Shown here: piece by piece, positions 48,608 to 59,174 of the stretch
Layout: each line of letters starts with the position of its first letter
Position numbering within the stretch: the first letter of the stretch is position 1
Assembly (NCBI GenBank): GCA_001567365.1
Contig: JZEL01000029.1
Coordinates: forward strand, 17,525 to 81,524
Direction: 5' to 3'
DNA length: 64,000 nucleotides
Source of the DNA: Parcubacteria bacterium OLB19
GTDB lineage: Bacteria; Patescibacteriota; Minisyncoccia; Phycocordibacterales; UBA918
Notes under the pieces: model-generated
Seen by the model: the letters and a program-made list of their open reading frames with translations, nothing else
Database searches by the model: none
What the model was told of the DNA's origin: nothing
Made by a program: the position numbers and the translations under genes

Positions 48608-49486
48608 ATGTCCAATCTCTTACCAGAAATCAAAGCTCTTGGCACCATTTGGTGGATTGAAATTTTCTCGGAAATATCAGATAAAGACAAGCAGGTCGTC
48701 TACGACGACCTGCTTGTCTTTATCTCTGAATTTGAAAATAAATATTCTCGTTTTCGCCAAGACTCACTTATCACCAAACTAAACGACACCAGAAAAATTG
48801 AAAACCCTGATCATATTACAATTGACTTATTACAGACCGGAATAAATTTATATAAGCAAACAGAGGGTTTGTTTAATATTTTAATTGGTGAAATCTTAGA
48901 AAACCGTGGTTATGACGCTAATTATTCATTCCTACCCAAAGAAGCAAATCTTATCATTCCTAATCCAACCGAAGAATTAAGCATATCCCAAAACCTAATT
49001 ACACTGAGTAAGGGACGAATTGATCTTGGTGGTTTTGGTAAAGGCTACTTAATAGATTTAATAGTAAAAAGATTAAAAGATAATTTTAATTTAGAATATT
49101 TTTTAATTAATGGCGGTGGTGATATTTATGCCACTAGCGACAATGGTAAACCTATAGAAATTTACCTTGAACACCCTATAGAAAAAGATACATTCATCGG
49201 CACTACCACCTTATTTAATCAAGGTTTTGCCGCCTCAAGTCCACACAAGCGCAAATGGAAAGCTGGAGACAAAATCTTTAGCCATATAGTAAACACAAAA
49301 GAAGAACCTATTTCTATAGATGGCACTTTTGTAAAAGCTGACACAGTAGCAAAAGCTGACGCTTTTGCTACTGTGTCACTAATAACCACACCAGAGAAAA
49401 TTATTAATTTTGCTAACAAATATAATTTTTCTGTGGCTTTTATAAAAAGCAATGATACGAGTTTGTTTTATAATAAAAATTGGTGA
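48608..49486 (+). CDS. apbE: FAD:protein FMN transferase ApbE
   Basis: LSKGRIDLGGFGKGYLIDLI ... FLINGGGDIYA ApbE signatures. Confidence 0.85.
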   Translation: MSNLLPEIKALGTIWWIEIFSEISDKDKQVVYDDLLVFISEFENKYSRFRQDSLITKLNDTRKIENPDHITIDLLQTGINLYKQTEGLFNILIGEILENRGYDANYSFLPKEANLIIPNPTEELSISQNLITLSKGRIDLGGFGKGYLIDLIVKRLKDNFNLEYFLINGGGDIYATSDNGKPIEIYLEHPIEKDTFIGTTTLFNQGFAASSPHKRKWKAGDKIFSHIVNTKEEPISIDGTFVKADTVAKADAFATVSLITTPEKIINFANKYNFSVAFIKSNDTSLFYNKNW

Positions 49487-49595
49487 GACTTTTACTAACT
49501 TAAGATTATTGACAGCAAATCATAATACCTGTAGTGTAAAGAGTGACAGAAGGCACTCACTGCTAAGCGGGGGGTGCCTTTGTCTTTTTTTATAG

Positions 49596-50332
49596 TTACT
49601 TTTTTCTAGGAAAAAATGTTGGTGTTTGAAACATGTATTTACCTTCTAACAAAATTGGAGAAAGATCATTACCAATCATTTTTTCTGTTTTTCCCAAATA
49701 ATGTCGTGTCAAACTCGAAAGAGCCAAATCAATCATCTGTAATCCGTTATTATTGTCACTTTTTGGCTTACAAACAAGCTTTGTTTTTCTTTTAATGTCC
49801 TCACCAGAATGAAATCTGGCACCAGTGGACTTAAGACGTTCATATTCAGCCAACAATGCATTATCTAACTCTTTACCACGACATTCTGCAACTATTTCGA
49901 CAACTGCATCCTTTGTGTGCCACAGAACTCTATTAATTAAATTTTCAAAAGAAAAATAGTAGGGATCAGCTGGCTGCGAATAATAATCAATGTGTAATTG
50001 CTTATGAATAAAGCAAGCAACAAGTGAAAATTCATGAGCCGTAATAATAGCAGTATCGATTTCCTGATAAAAATTTTTCTTTGTTCTGGATCAAGAAGAA
50101 ATATATTTCTCGGATCGCTTCGCGAATCTTTTGGACGTTTCAATTCTGATGAATGTAAAATAATAGCGGTTGAACCGTAATACTTCTCTTTTATTTTATC
50201 TACTTCATTATTTAATTTTTCATACGTCAATTCAGAAATACAGAGACCACCTAATGCAAATATGGGGTAAGTCGGATCAATTTTACTCAAATTATGATCA
50301 CCCGATTCATCAATAAACAGATAGTATTTCAT
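49596..50332 (-). CDS. DUF3800 family protein, interrupted by a 1-nt indel in an A5T5 run (~50065-50075)
   Basis: N-terminal MKYYLFIDESGDH…YPIFALGG (DUF3800 hallmark). The alternative frame continues …NFYQEIDTAIITAHEFSLVACFIHKQLHIDYY… into the 49596..49856 ORF. Confidence 0.6.
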
Positions 50333-50399
50333 CGGTATTATGATAACACAGTAGAAGCAGGCTTATATAAATCATAATTCTGTATTATAAAAAACATCA

Positions 50400-52780
50400 T
50401 TAAGCCCTCAAAAATCCAAGTTCATACACTTGTGGTTGTAGCTTCTCGGTCAGGAGTTTGTACGCCGTCTCAAATTCGGTAAAACTCACAGGCACCACAT
50501 CGCCACTCTCGTTTCTACGTTTAAGAGCATTGCGGATTTGATACCAGCCAACATCGGCACGATTTAGTTTTAATTCATCACGGACGTTGTGCTCATCGGT
50601 ATGTGTAAAATACGCTTGCCACAATTTCTTTCCTGCTTCCAAAACCGCTACCGCTTCTGGAGAAAGCTGTTTGTCGGCCAAATAACGCACCATAAAATCC
50701 GATTCAAAACGCTCAGGCGCACCCACCTCTTCTTCGGTGTATGGAATAAAATGATTGACGATAGACCATTTTTTGTCATTCCATTCTAGGTCGTTAGCAC
50801 TGGCGGTGAGGTTGCTACCATTAAACAACATCCAGATAAGGCAGTCGTTTTTGAATTCGTCGGTTAAAGGTTCAGACGGTTGCAAAAATTGATCACGGTC
50901 GTTTATCCAGGTGGGTTTGATAAGACGACGGACTGAAAAGACAACAGAAGCTTGTCGAAGGTTTTCACTGTTTACGTAAAAACCATGACCATCTCCCCAT
51001 ACCGACGAAAATAATGCTGTTTGGGTTGCAGTGTGCTGTAAGTCATTATTTTGTGACCACACATATGCGACAGCATTATCAGACCATTTATTAAGGTATT
51101 TTTTAGAAGTATATGGAGAAACCGTATTTTTTAATGGTACAACTTCCGTGCTATTTGGTTTTGGTCTATCAAGCCAAACGTTTAAATAAGTATTTACTGG
51201 CAGATTAAAGAATTTCTTTTCACCCATTGGCTCAGCTTCTTGTTCAAAACATCTAACGTAATCTCTGTAATTGGTGTTTTTTCTTTTGAGTTATTTGCGG
51301 TTTGCCACACCAAAAAACCAATCGGAAAATTTCCCTTTAATCCTTCAAAAGCCTTACTATGAACAATAAAACCTCCCATATATTTAGCATTCCATTTCTC
51401 CCTAAATAATTCAAAATTAGGAGCATTTACATACTTAAGTGTACTAAACATGGCTAGGGTAGCTGTTGGTATTTCTTGTGAAATACGGGCAACAAATTGA
51501 GTAAACAATTCATTACTAGATTTACCATAATTTTTCATTGCTGTACTCGCAATTTTTGTTGATGCCACATTATCCTTTGAATCTTTACCTAAGGTATTAC
51601 CCGCCTCAGCATACGGTGGGTTTATCAGCACTAAAATTTTCTTGCCACTCGCTATCGCTTTACGTAAACTTTCGGGGATTTTGTTGGTGAGAGTGTAGTC
51701 GATTTTTCCATCATCGGTGATATCGTCATTTAGATAATCATATTGAAAACGAGTCGCTGCGGTGCAGGTCTTAGTGGCTTTCATAACATCGACATCAGCT
51801 TGATCGAGTGTCGACATGAAAATATTGCGCGGATTGCTATGCTTTACTTCTAGGTTCCCTACCCCGCAACACATATCCCACACAATATATTCTTGTTGCC
51901 AATTATTTCCTAAGGTCTCGGTGAGTTTGTCGTAGGCTTTGTCTACCACATGCAGTGGAGTGTAATAAGCACCCTTAAAACTCCGTTCATCAAGTGGAAT
52001 CAAGCTGTCACGCCGTTCGAGTAAGTAATCGCGGTATTCGGCTTTTGGTGGTTTGTGGTAGATTGCCCAAAATTGTCGGTAACCTTCTTTATTTCCGAGT
52101 TCGTAGAGCTTGCCTCCCAAACTAAATACTGGTGCATTATTTTTGTGCAGTAGCTCAGCCGGCAAATCGTTGTGAGTTGAAATAGTACCATCATGCATAA
52201 TGTCGGCAAAGAAAAGTAAAGCGTAATCTTCTTCTGGTACATCTTTTATTTCCTTACCAATCATCTCCACCCATTTATCAAATACTTGCTTGAGGTTGTC
52301 GGGAGTTATTTGGGTACGAATAATATCGCCGTGTTTGATAGCGTTTTTAATTGCTTCGATAAATTCAGCTTCGTGTGTTTTTATTTTAAACGAGACAAAG
52401 TGTGTACCAATATATGCCGACACAGCATCAAGCGCTTCTTGAGTGTAGCCACTAGCCGACTTTCCCCACTTGATAGTTTTCTTTTCGAGCAGTGGTAAGA
52501 CATCGACAGTTTTCATTAACGCTGCTTTTTCAGTATCAATAACAGCTAAAAACGGAGGTAGATCTTCACCATGATTTAGTGCCTCCTGTACATAGTGCAA
52601 AAGCTGAGTAAACATCGCATAACTAGAAAGTCGAGAGTTTTGCTTGGCCTCAAACCAAATTTCTTTGGTCTGAATATCGATAAGATTTTTTTGATAACCC
52701 TTAAGACCAAGAGCTTTTATATAGGCATCTTTAACATCTTCCTCACTGGAAGCTTTCTGTAATTTTTCGTAAAGGCTCAT
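50400..52780 (-). CDS. large (~790 aa) gamma-class N6-adenine DNA methyltransferase with N-terminal PD-(D/E)xK-like motif and C-terminal target-recognition-like region; two overlapping ORFs joined by an A6/A7 frameshift near ~51270
   Basis: Motif I-like WDMCCGVGNL. Motif IV VLINPPYAEAG (NPPY). N-terminal …LIDIQTKEIWFEAK… (D-x10-E-x-K). The ORFs overlap by 34 nt in different frames. Confidence 0.65.
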
Positions 52781-52824
52781 ATTTTTATTCGTATAATTAG
52801 GATTATATTAGCATAAAAGTGGTA

Positions 52825-52859
52825 AAAACAGCACGGCGCCAAAGGCGCCGTGCTGTTTT
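52825..52859. terminator. bidirectional terminator (aaaacagcacggcgcc-aaa-ggcgccgtgctgtttt)
   Basis: Perfect 16-bp stem between the methyltransferase and atpD ends. Confidence 0.7.
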
Positions 52860-52881
52860 GTTGTTTTATTATTTTTACAAA

Positions 52882-53508
52882 CTACCCCTCCTTCGCGACA
52901 ATCATCGCCTTTACTCTCATAGTAGATACCACCGCATCACGAGCTCGTTCATCGAGTTGCATGGCGATAAATTTAATAGTTTCCTCTAAATTTGGAATCA
53001 TCACATTCTCAAGAGCCGATACTCGACGACGAGTTTTTTCAATTTCTTCAGCTAGGTTTTCAGCACTTTTCTCCAATCCTGCCAAACGCATAATATCAAC
53101 AAAAACCTCGTCGAATTTTACAATCGCATTATCCAAATCTCCAGAAGTATCTAAGGAACCATAAGCAAAAGCCGAACCTTCCTTAGATACCTTAAACTCA
53201 GGGATCTTAACAGACATTACAGTCTTCACAGCTACTTCGAGATTAATTTCCGCATTAGGCACCAACAAAGCCACCTCCTGAGCTAAACGTGAAGTAGTTG
53301 CACTTGAGCGCTGATAAGAATCAAAAGCCATACCCAATCGCTCTTCAACTGACTTTCGTAAATCGCGAGTTTCAAAGATTATCGCCATAAACTTTTTGAT
53401 CAAGCCATCACGCTTGTCTTTTAGAAGTTTATGTCCCTTCTTGGCTACCTTAAGTTCTTTCTTAAGATTTAGAAGAGAAATTCGTGTTGGACTAACTTTT
53501 AATATCAT
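52882..53508 (-). CDS. atpD: A/V-type ATP synthase subunit D
   Basis: 208-aa coiled-coil protein MILKVSPTRISLLNLKKELKVAKKGHKLLKDKRD… typical of V-ATPase D. Confidence 0.85.
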   Translation of the reverse strand: MILKVSPTRISLLNLKKELKVAKKGHKLLKDKRDGLIKKFMAIIFETRDLRKSVEERLGMAFDSYQRSSATTSRLAQEVALLVPNAEINLEVAVKTVMSVKIPEFKVSKEGSAFAYGSLDTSGDLDNAIVKFDEVFVDIMRLAGLEKSAENLAEEIEKTRRRVSALENVMIPNLEETIKFIAMQLDERARDAVVSTMRVKAMIVAKEG

Positions 53509-53524
53509 GTTTTATGTAGACGAA

Positions 53525-54904
53525 TTATTCAGCCTTTGGCATGTGTTTGTCGACAAACTCAGCTTTAACACGCTTCAACGATTCACGAGGAAGCATAGCT
53601 AGAAGTTTCCAACCAATATCAAGTGATTCTTCTACCGAACGATTTTCAAATTCACCTTGCCCCACAAACTCACGTTCAAAAGCTTCCGCGAAGCGCAAAT
53701 GTGCCTTATCTGAATCATCAAGTGAAGCTTCACCCAATACTACTGCCAACTCTCGTACTTCACGACCGACTGCATAAGAAGCAAACAATTGATCTTTAAG
53801 ACCACTATGATCAGCACGAGTCTTACCTTCACCTACTCCAGCTGACCATAATCGAGACAAAGAACCTTGTACATCCACCGGTGGAAATACACCCTTACGA
53901 TATAATTCGCGGGAAATCACAAACTGCCCTTCTGTAATGTAACCAGTAAGGTCAGGTACCGGATGAGTCTTGTCATCATCAGGCATACTTAGAATTGGAA
54001 TTTGTGTAATAGTTCCCTGCTTACCTTTTACCCGTCCAGCTCTTTCATAAATAGTAGAAAGGTCAGTATACAAATACCCCGGATAACCACGTCGGCCAGG
54101 CACCTCCTTTCGTACAGAAGATACTTCACGCAAAGCTTCACAGTAGTTGGTCATGTCAGTCAAAATCACCAGTACGTGCATTCCCTTTTCAAAAGCCAAG
54201 TACTCAGCTGTAGTCAAAGCCATACGTGGTGTGGAAATACGCTCAACCACTGGGTCAGCCGCTGTATTGATGAAAAGTACACTTCTCTCAAGTGAACCAG
54301 CTTCTTGAAATTGACGCTTAAAGTATTCAGCTTCTTCAAAAGACACACCGAGAGTAGCAAATACAATCGCAAACTCTCCACCATCTTTCACTTTTGCTTG
54401 ACGAGCAATTTGCGCTGCCAAACGTGAGTGCGGTAAACCAGCTCCAGAAAAGATTGGTAGCTTTTGTCCACGCACCAAAGTATTCATCACGTCGATTGAT
54501 GAAATACCAGTTTGAATAAAGTCATTAGGGAATTCACGACTGTAAGGATTGATAGCGTTACCATTAATATCGATACGCTTTTCAGGGATAATTTCTGGAC
54601 CACCGTCATTTATTACACCAGCACCCGTAAAGACCCGACCGAGCATGTCTTCACTTACACCAAGCTTCAATGTATCACCTGTAAAACGTACACGAGTATC
54701 TTCAGCTTGTACTCCAGCCGTTGGATCAAACATCTGTACCACGGCTTTATCTTCTGACACATCAAGCACCTTACCCAAACGGGTCTGATTTTCGCCCGGA
54801 ACATTTACTTCCACCAACTCTTCGTACTTTACTCCACTAACTCCCTCAACCACCAAAAGTGGTCCAGTAATAGCAGAAACGGTTTTGTATTCTTTTTGAC
54901 TCAT
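53525..54904 (-). CDS. atpB: A/V-type ATP synthase subunit B
   Basis: 459 aa. Non-catalytic B subunit pattern, with a degenerate P-loop region and SGAGLPH…. Confidence 0.9.
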   Translation of the reverse strand: MSQKEYKTVSAITGPLLVVEGVSGVKYEELVEVNVPGENQTRLGKVLDVSEDKAVVQMFDPTAGVQAEDTRVRFTGDTLKLGVSEDMLGRVFTGAGVINDGGPEIIPEKRIDINGNAINPYSREFPNDFIQTGISSIDVMNTLVRGQKLPIFSGAGLPHSRLAAQIARQAKVKDGGEFAIVFATLGVSFEEAEYFKRQFQEAGSLERSVLFINTAADPVVERISTPRMALTTAEYLAFEKGMHVLVILTDMTNYCEALREVSSVRKEVPGRRGYPGYLYTDLSTIYERAGRVKGKQGTITQIPILSMPDDDKTHPVPDLTGYITEGQFVISRELYRKGVFPPVDVQGSLSRLWSAGVGEGKTRADHSGLKDQLFASYAVGREVRELAVVLGEASLDDSDKAHLRFAEAFEREFVGQGEFENRSVEESLDIGWKLLAMLPRESLKRVKAEFVDKHMPKAE

Positions 54905-54908
54905 ATTA

Positions 54909-56702
54909 TTAAGCGTTAGTTTGGGTTAGAGCTTTGATTTCCTCTTTGACTCTACTAATAAAATTCTCATAATCTGATACTTCACGTTTCTCCTTTAGAC
55001 GACCAATTTCTTTATAAGTAGACATTTGCTTGAAACGAGAAAACTCAAATTCATCAGTAGTCACAACCGGTAAACCTTCATTGTAGAAAGTAACAATTGA
55101 TTTAAGAAGATTGTACTGAATCTTGATCGGCATATATGCATCACTAGGGTCAAAAGCGTTTTGCATTAGGAAATCTTCACGAATCATACGTGCCACTTCC
55201 AAAGTAAGTTTGTCACTGTTTGATAATGACTCCATACCCACAAGACGAACAATCTCAAGCAATTTTGATTCCTTTTCCAAGAGCTCCATTGCTTGTTTTC
55301 GAATATTAGCAAAATCAGGGGCTACATTTTCACGCCAGAAATCTAATAAGTTATCAACGTAAAGTGAATATGAACCAAGCCAGTTGATAGATGGGAAATG
55401 TTTTTTGTAGGCCAATCCAGCATCAAGTGACCAGAAAGTTTTGGTCACACGTAGAGTTGATTGTGACACTGGTTCAGACAAGTCTCCACCAGGAGGAGAA
55501 ACCGCACCAATTACTGTGAGTGACCCTTGTCTCCCTTCAGAACCAAGAGTTTCTACTACACCAGCTCTTTCATAAAATTGTGCTGTGCGAGAAGAAAGAT
55601 AAGCTGGATAACCTTCCTCTCCCGGCATTTCTTCCAAACGTCCTGAAATTTCACGCATCGCCTCTGCCCAACGTGAAGTAGAGTCAGCCATTAAAGCTAC
55701 GTTATAACCCATATCACGATAGTACTCAGCAATAGTAATACCGGTATAAACTGAAGCTTCACGTGCCGCTACTGGCATATTAGAAGTGTTAGCAATGAGG
55801 ATAGTTCGCTTCATCAAAGGCTCACCTGAGTTTGGATCAATCAAGTGTGGAAACTCAGAAAGCACTTCTGTCATTTCATTTCCTCGTTCACCACAACCAA
55901 TATATACAATCACTTCAGCATTACAGTATTTAGAAATAGATTGTTGAGTCACAGTCTTACCAGCACCAAACGGCCCAGGAATACACCCAGCTCCACCTTT
56001 AGCTATTGGGAACAAAGTATCAATCGAACGACCACCAGTTAAAAGCGGTTCCGATGGGAAAATCTTTTTATTCTTTGGTCTTGGCTCACGAATTGGCCAA
56101 TATTGAAGCATAGCTACCACTTCAATTTCACCAGACTCAGTTTTAATCTCTGCAATTGTTTCTGTGATATTAAAATTACCTGATTTGATATTAGTAATTA
56201 CACCAGAAACATGAGGTGGTACCATTACCTTATGTACAATTAACTTAGTTTCAGCAACCGTACCCAAAATATCACCGCCAGTTACTTTGTCGCCTACTTT
56301 GGCTACAGCTTTAAAATCCCATTTTTTATTCTTATCCAAAGCCTCAGCATCAATACCTCTTTTAATATATACAGAACCGGAAGCCTCCTCGATAGCCTTT
56401 AGAGGTCGTTGCACGCCATCATAGATAGACTCCAAAAGACCAGGGGCTAGTGCCACTGACATAGTTTTACCGGTACGAAAAACCGGATCACCGGGCCCAA
56501 CACCAGTTGTATCTTCATACACCTGAATTGAGGCAATATCACCATTCAACTCAATTATTTCTCCAAGAAGTTTTTCTGAAGACACTTTAACCAACTCATA
56601 AAGTTTGGCAGAAGACATGCCGTTGGCACGCACCAATGGACCCGTCACTCTCACGATTTCTCCTGCCTTTGTTGCTTCTTGTGTATTAATTGTATTTGTC
56701 AT
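54909..56702 (-). CDS. atpA: A/V-type ATP synthase catalytic subunit A
   Basis: 597 aa. Walker A GPFGAGKT with flanking V-ATPase A non-homologous insert. Confidence 0.9.
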   Translation of the reverse strand: MTNTINTQEATKAGEIVRVTGPLVRANGMSSAKLYELVKVSSEKLLGEIIELNGDIASIQVYEDTTGVGPGDPVFRTGKTMSVALAPGLLESIYDGVQRPLKAIEEASGSVYIKRGIDAEALDKNKKWDFKAVAKVGDKVTGGDILGTVAETKLIVHKVMVPPHVSGVITNIKSGNFNITETIAEIKTESGEIEVVAMLQYWPIREPRPKNKKIFPSEPLLTGGRSIDTLFPIAKGGAGCIPGPFGAGKTVTQQSISKYCNAEVIVYIGCGERGNEMTEVLSEFPHLIDPNSGEPLMKRTILIANTSNMPVAAREASVYTGITIAEYYRDMGYNVALMADSTSRWAEAMREISGRLEEMPGEEGYPAYLSSRTAQFYERAGVVETLGSEGRQGSLTVIGAVSPPGGDLSEPVSQSTLRVTKTFWSLDAGLAYKKHFPSINWLGSYSLYVDNLLDFWRENVAPDFANIRKQAMELLEKESKLLEIVRLVGMESLSNSDKLTLEVARMIREDFLMQNAFDPSDAYMPIKIQYNLLKSIVTFYNEGLPVVTTDEFEFSRFKQMSTYKEIGRLKEKREVSDYENFISRVKEEIKALTQTNA

Positions 56703-56728
56703 GGTAATAAATTTATAAATTGTTTCTG

Positions 56729-57118
56729 TTAAATAATGGCTGCTCCGATGGCTTTTTCTGCTAATTTCCGTAATCTTGCTTCTGCCAATCCTTGACTACC
56801 CTTAGCGCTTGGCAACAAGACCACAGCCGGTAATGGTCCACTGACCACTTTGGCATATTCTTTTTCGTCCATGCCTACCATTAAATCCTCAATTACACAG
56901 ACCACAGCGTATGGTGTTGGATTATTTTCGGAATTATTAATCTGTTTAATTTTACGCAATTGTCCCAAAACTTCGTCAGAAGTTTTCGCATCAAAAGCCT
57001 CTACTCCTAAAGCTTTAAAGCCCGATACGACATCACCCGGACCAACGATAGCAATTTTATACTGATTGATGTTTTTAGACATAAATTGCGCGTAATTGTT
57101 TTCGAATAACCTCTCCAC
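56729..57118 (-). CDS. atpF: A/V-type ATP synthase subunit F
   Basis: 129 aa. KIAIVGPGDVVSGFKALGVEAF pattern of V-ATPase F. Confidence 0.6.
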   Translation of the reverse strand: MERLFENNYAQFMSKNINQYKIAIVGPGDVVSGFKALGVEAFDAKTSDEVLGQLRKIKQINNSENNPTPYAVVCVIEDLMVGMDEKEYAKVVSGPLPAVVLLPSAKGSQGLAEARLRKLAEKAIGAAII

Positions 57119-58049
57119 TTTGTTTATTCTCTTTCCCTATTACAATGGCTTGTATGTTCAAAGAGACGTTTTGTTGTTTTAACAAATAAGAAACTAGGGT
57201 CGCAACTGAAAAAACATCATTACCCATCCCTTTAATTGCCACCAGAAGGTATTCATCTAGTTTGACATTGAAAGTAGTAAAATGTCCGTTCTCTAAATAT
57301 TCGCTAACAGCCTCCTTCCAAAAACGTTCACCACCAAAAGTATTCAATCTAGCTAGGAGTTTTTCCTGGGTATCAATACTGGTAAAAGCAAAACTGCCAC
57401 CATTAACAAACCAAGAAGAATCAATATCGCCTAAAGCAAATGAACGAAGACCGGTTTTTAAGTTGTACAAATCAATTTGTAATTTTAACAATTCAGCCAA
57501 AACACGATTGTCGGTTTTGTTGACCAAACTTTCTGCTAGCAAGAAATAGCCTTTATCAAATTCTTGATCCGCATTAGCTAATCCACTACCTATAACCTTT
57601 ATCGCTCGGTCATAAATGTTTTTTAAATCACTATTTATTTGTTCTAGAGTGCCAGTTTTGGCTCGTTCAAATAAAACCACAGGATCATATTTTCCCAGTT
57701 TTGACATATATGGCAAAACCTCATCTAGACCCTTACCCACCTTCAGAGCTCGCAGGATAACTCTTAAATTATGGATATCGAATCTAAACCAAAAATAAGA
57801 AAACAATTCAGGTTCCGGAGAAATTTTCTCCAAAAGGTTTTTGGTCTCAAGATTAGTTTTTTCTAGCACTGAAAATATATTGTCAATTTTATCTTCTCCA
57901 GTTAAAGAATTAAGATGAGTGTCTTTCAAAGTTTTTAACAACTCATCTGTATCTGTTACCGACAAAAGACGCTCTATATCAGCTTCACTAAGTAAACTCT
58001 TTTCTAGAGTTTTAACACGACTGGAACTGTAGATATAGGATGTCGACAT
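57075..58049 (-). CDS. atpC: A/V-type ATP synthase subunit C (V0 d-like)
   Basis: 324-aa all-helical protein in the conserved position between E and F. Confidence 0.65.
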   Translation of the reverse strand: MSTSYIYSSSRVKTLEKSLLSEADIERLLSVTDTDELLKTLKDTHLNSLTGEDKIDNIFSVLEKTNLETKNLLEKISPEPELFSYFWFRFDIHNLRVILRALKVGKGLDEVLPYMSKLGKYDPVVLFERAKTGTLEQINSDLKNIYDRAIKVIGSGLANADQEFDKGYFLLAESLVNKTDNRVLAELLKLQIDLYNLKTGLRSFALGDIDSSWFVNGGSFAFTSIDTQEKLLARLNTFGGERFWKEAVSEYLENGHFTTFNVKLDEYLLVAIKGMGNDVFSVATLVSYLLKQQNVSLNIQAIVIGKENKQSGEVIRKQLRAIYV

Positions 58050-58058
58050 AGGTTTTAA

Positions 58059-58631
58059 TTATTTCTGAAATAGATTTTTAGCTATCTCAATCTCTGAACT
58101 TGAACGAATTTCTGAAAAGAGTTTTTCTATTGATAGATCAAACTCAAAATCAGAACCAACAAAAACCAAACCACCCTTCAGTCTTGCACTTACCACCAAA
58201 GGCGCCGACACACCTAGGGCTTTAAGAATTTCTGAACTTTCTGACTGACGATGGTCTGGTGACAAAACCGACACCACCTCAATATTCTTCGGTAGAATAT
58301 TTTTATAACGTTCAGTCAAAATCGAAACATAATCTGAAGAAGACAAAGCTAATACTGATGACAAAGCTTCAGAAAACACTTCATCCAAAACTCGACGTTT
58401 TTCAGTTTGTACAGCTAAGTTGGCTTTTTGTTTTTCAAGTGACAAAGTAACGTTCTCGTAGTGTTCACTTTTCTTCTTGAACTCAGTTTGAAAACCAGCT
58501 TTAATATCGCCAATCTTTCGATCAGTTTCCTGTCTGATTTCAGAAACACGCTTCTCTGCCTCTGCCAAAATCTCATTGGCTTCGGCTTCAGAATCGGACT
58601 TTATTTTTTCAATTATTGCTTGTAATGACAT
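58059..58631 (-). CDS. atpE: A/V-type ATP synthase subunit E
   Basis: 190 aa. Long N-terminal helix (AEANEILAEAEKRVSEIRQE…) plus C-terminal globular domain. Confidence 0.7.
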   Translation of the reverse strand: MSLQAIIEKIKSDSEAEANEILAEAEKRVSEIRQETDRKIGDIKAGFQTEFKKKSEHYENVTLSLEKQKANLAVQTEKRRVLDEVFSEALSSVLALSSSDYVSILTERYKNILPKNIEVVSVLSPDHRQSESSEILKALGVSAPLVVSARLKGGLVFVGSDFEFDLSIEKLFSEIRSSSEIEIAKNLFQK

Positions 58632-58640
58632 GCAAAGATG

Positions 58641-59123
58641 TTATGCGCCAATAGAAATCAACAAAATGAAGCTGATGAGAACACCGAAAATCGCCCAAGT
58701 TTCTACCATCGCTGATATAACGATTGCCTTACCCATATTCGCTTCATCCTTAGCTATCATCAATGCTCCAGCTGCTGCTACAGAACCTTGATAAATACCA
58801 GACAATAAACCAGCAATACCAATAGGAATTCCAGCTATTAAATATTGAAGCCCAGTCACCATATCAATATCTGGCGTACCTGAACCACCAAGAATACCTG
58901 AGAAATTCAAAATTAAGAAAGCACCTACTAGACCATAAATACCTTGTGATCCTGGCAAAGCTTGCATCAAAAGCATCTTACTAAATAATTCTGGCTTCTC
59001 ACTAAGTACACCGGCAACTGCCTTACCAGCATTACCCATACCGATTGCTGAACCACAAAAACCAAACACAGCTGCAATAGCAGCACCTGCAAATACTAAC
59101 GCTACTCCGATTGATAATTCCAT
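58641..59123 (-). CDS. atpK: A/V-type ATP synthase proteolipid subunit K (duplicated c, 4 TM)
   Basis: 160 aa, Gly/Ala-rich TM hairpins. Conserved carboxylate context in the second hairpin. Confidence 0.85.
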   Translation of the reverse strand: MELSIGVALVFAGAAIAAVFGFCGSAIGMGNAGKAVAGVLSEKPELFSKMLLMQALPGSQGIYGLVGAFLILNFSGILGGSGTPDIDMVTGLQYLIAGIPIGIAGLLSGIYQGSVAAAGALMIAKDEANMGKAIVISAMVETWAIFGVLISFILLISIGA

Positions 59124-59174
59124 AAAATTTAAATGAATTTAACTTAATAAATAAAGGTAGTTTTAGGTATCAAA

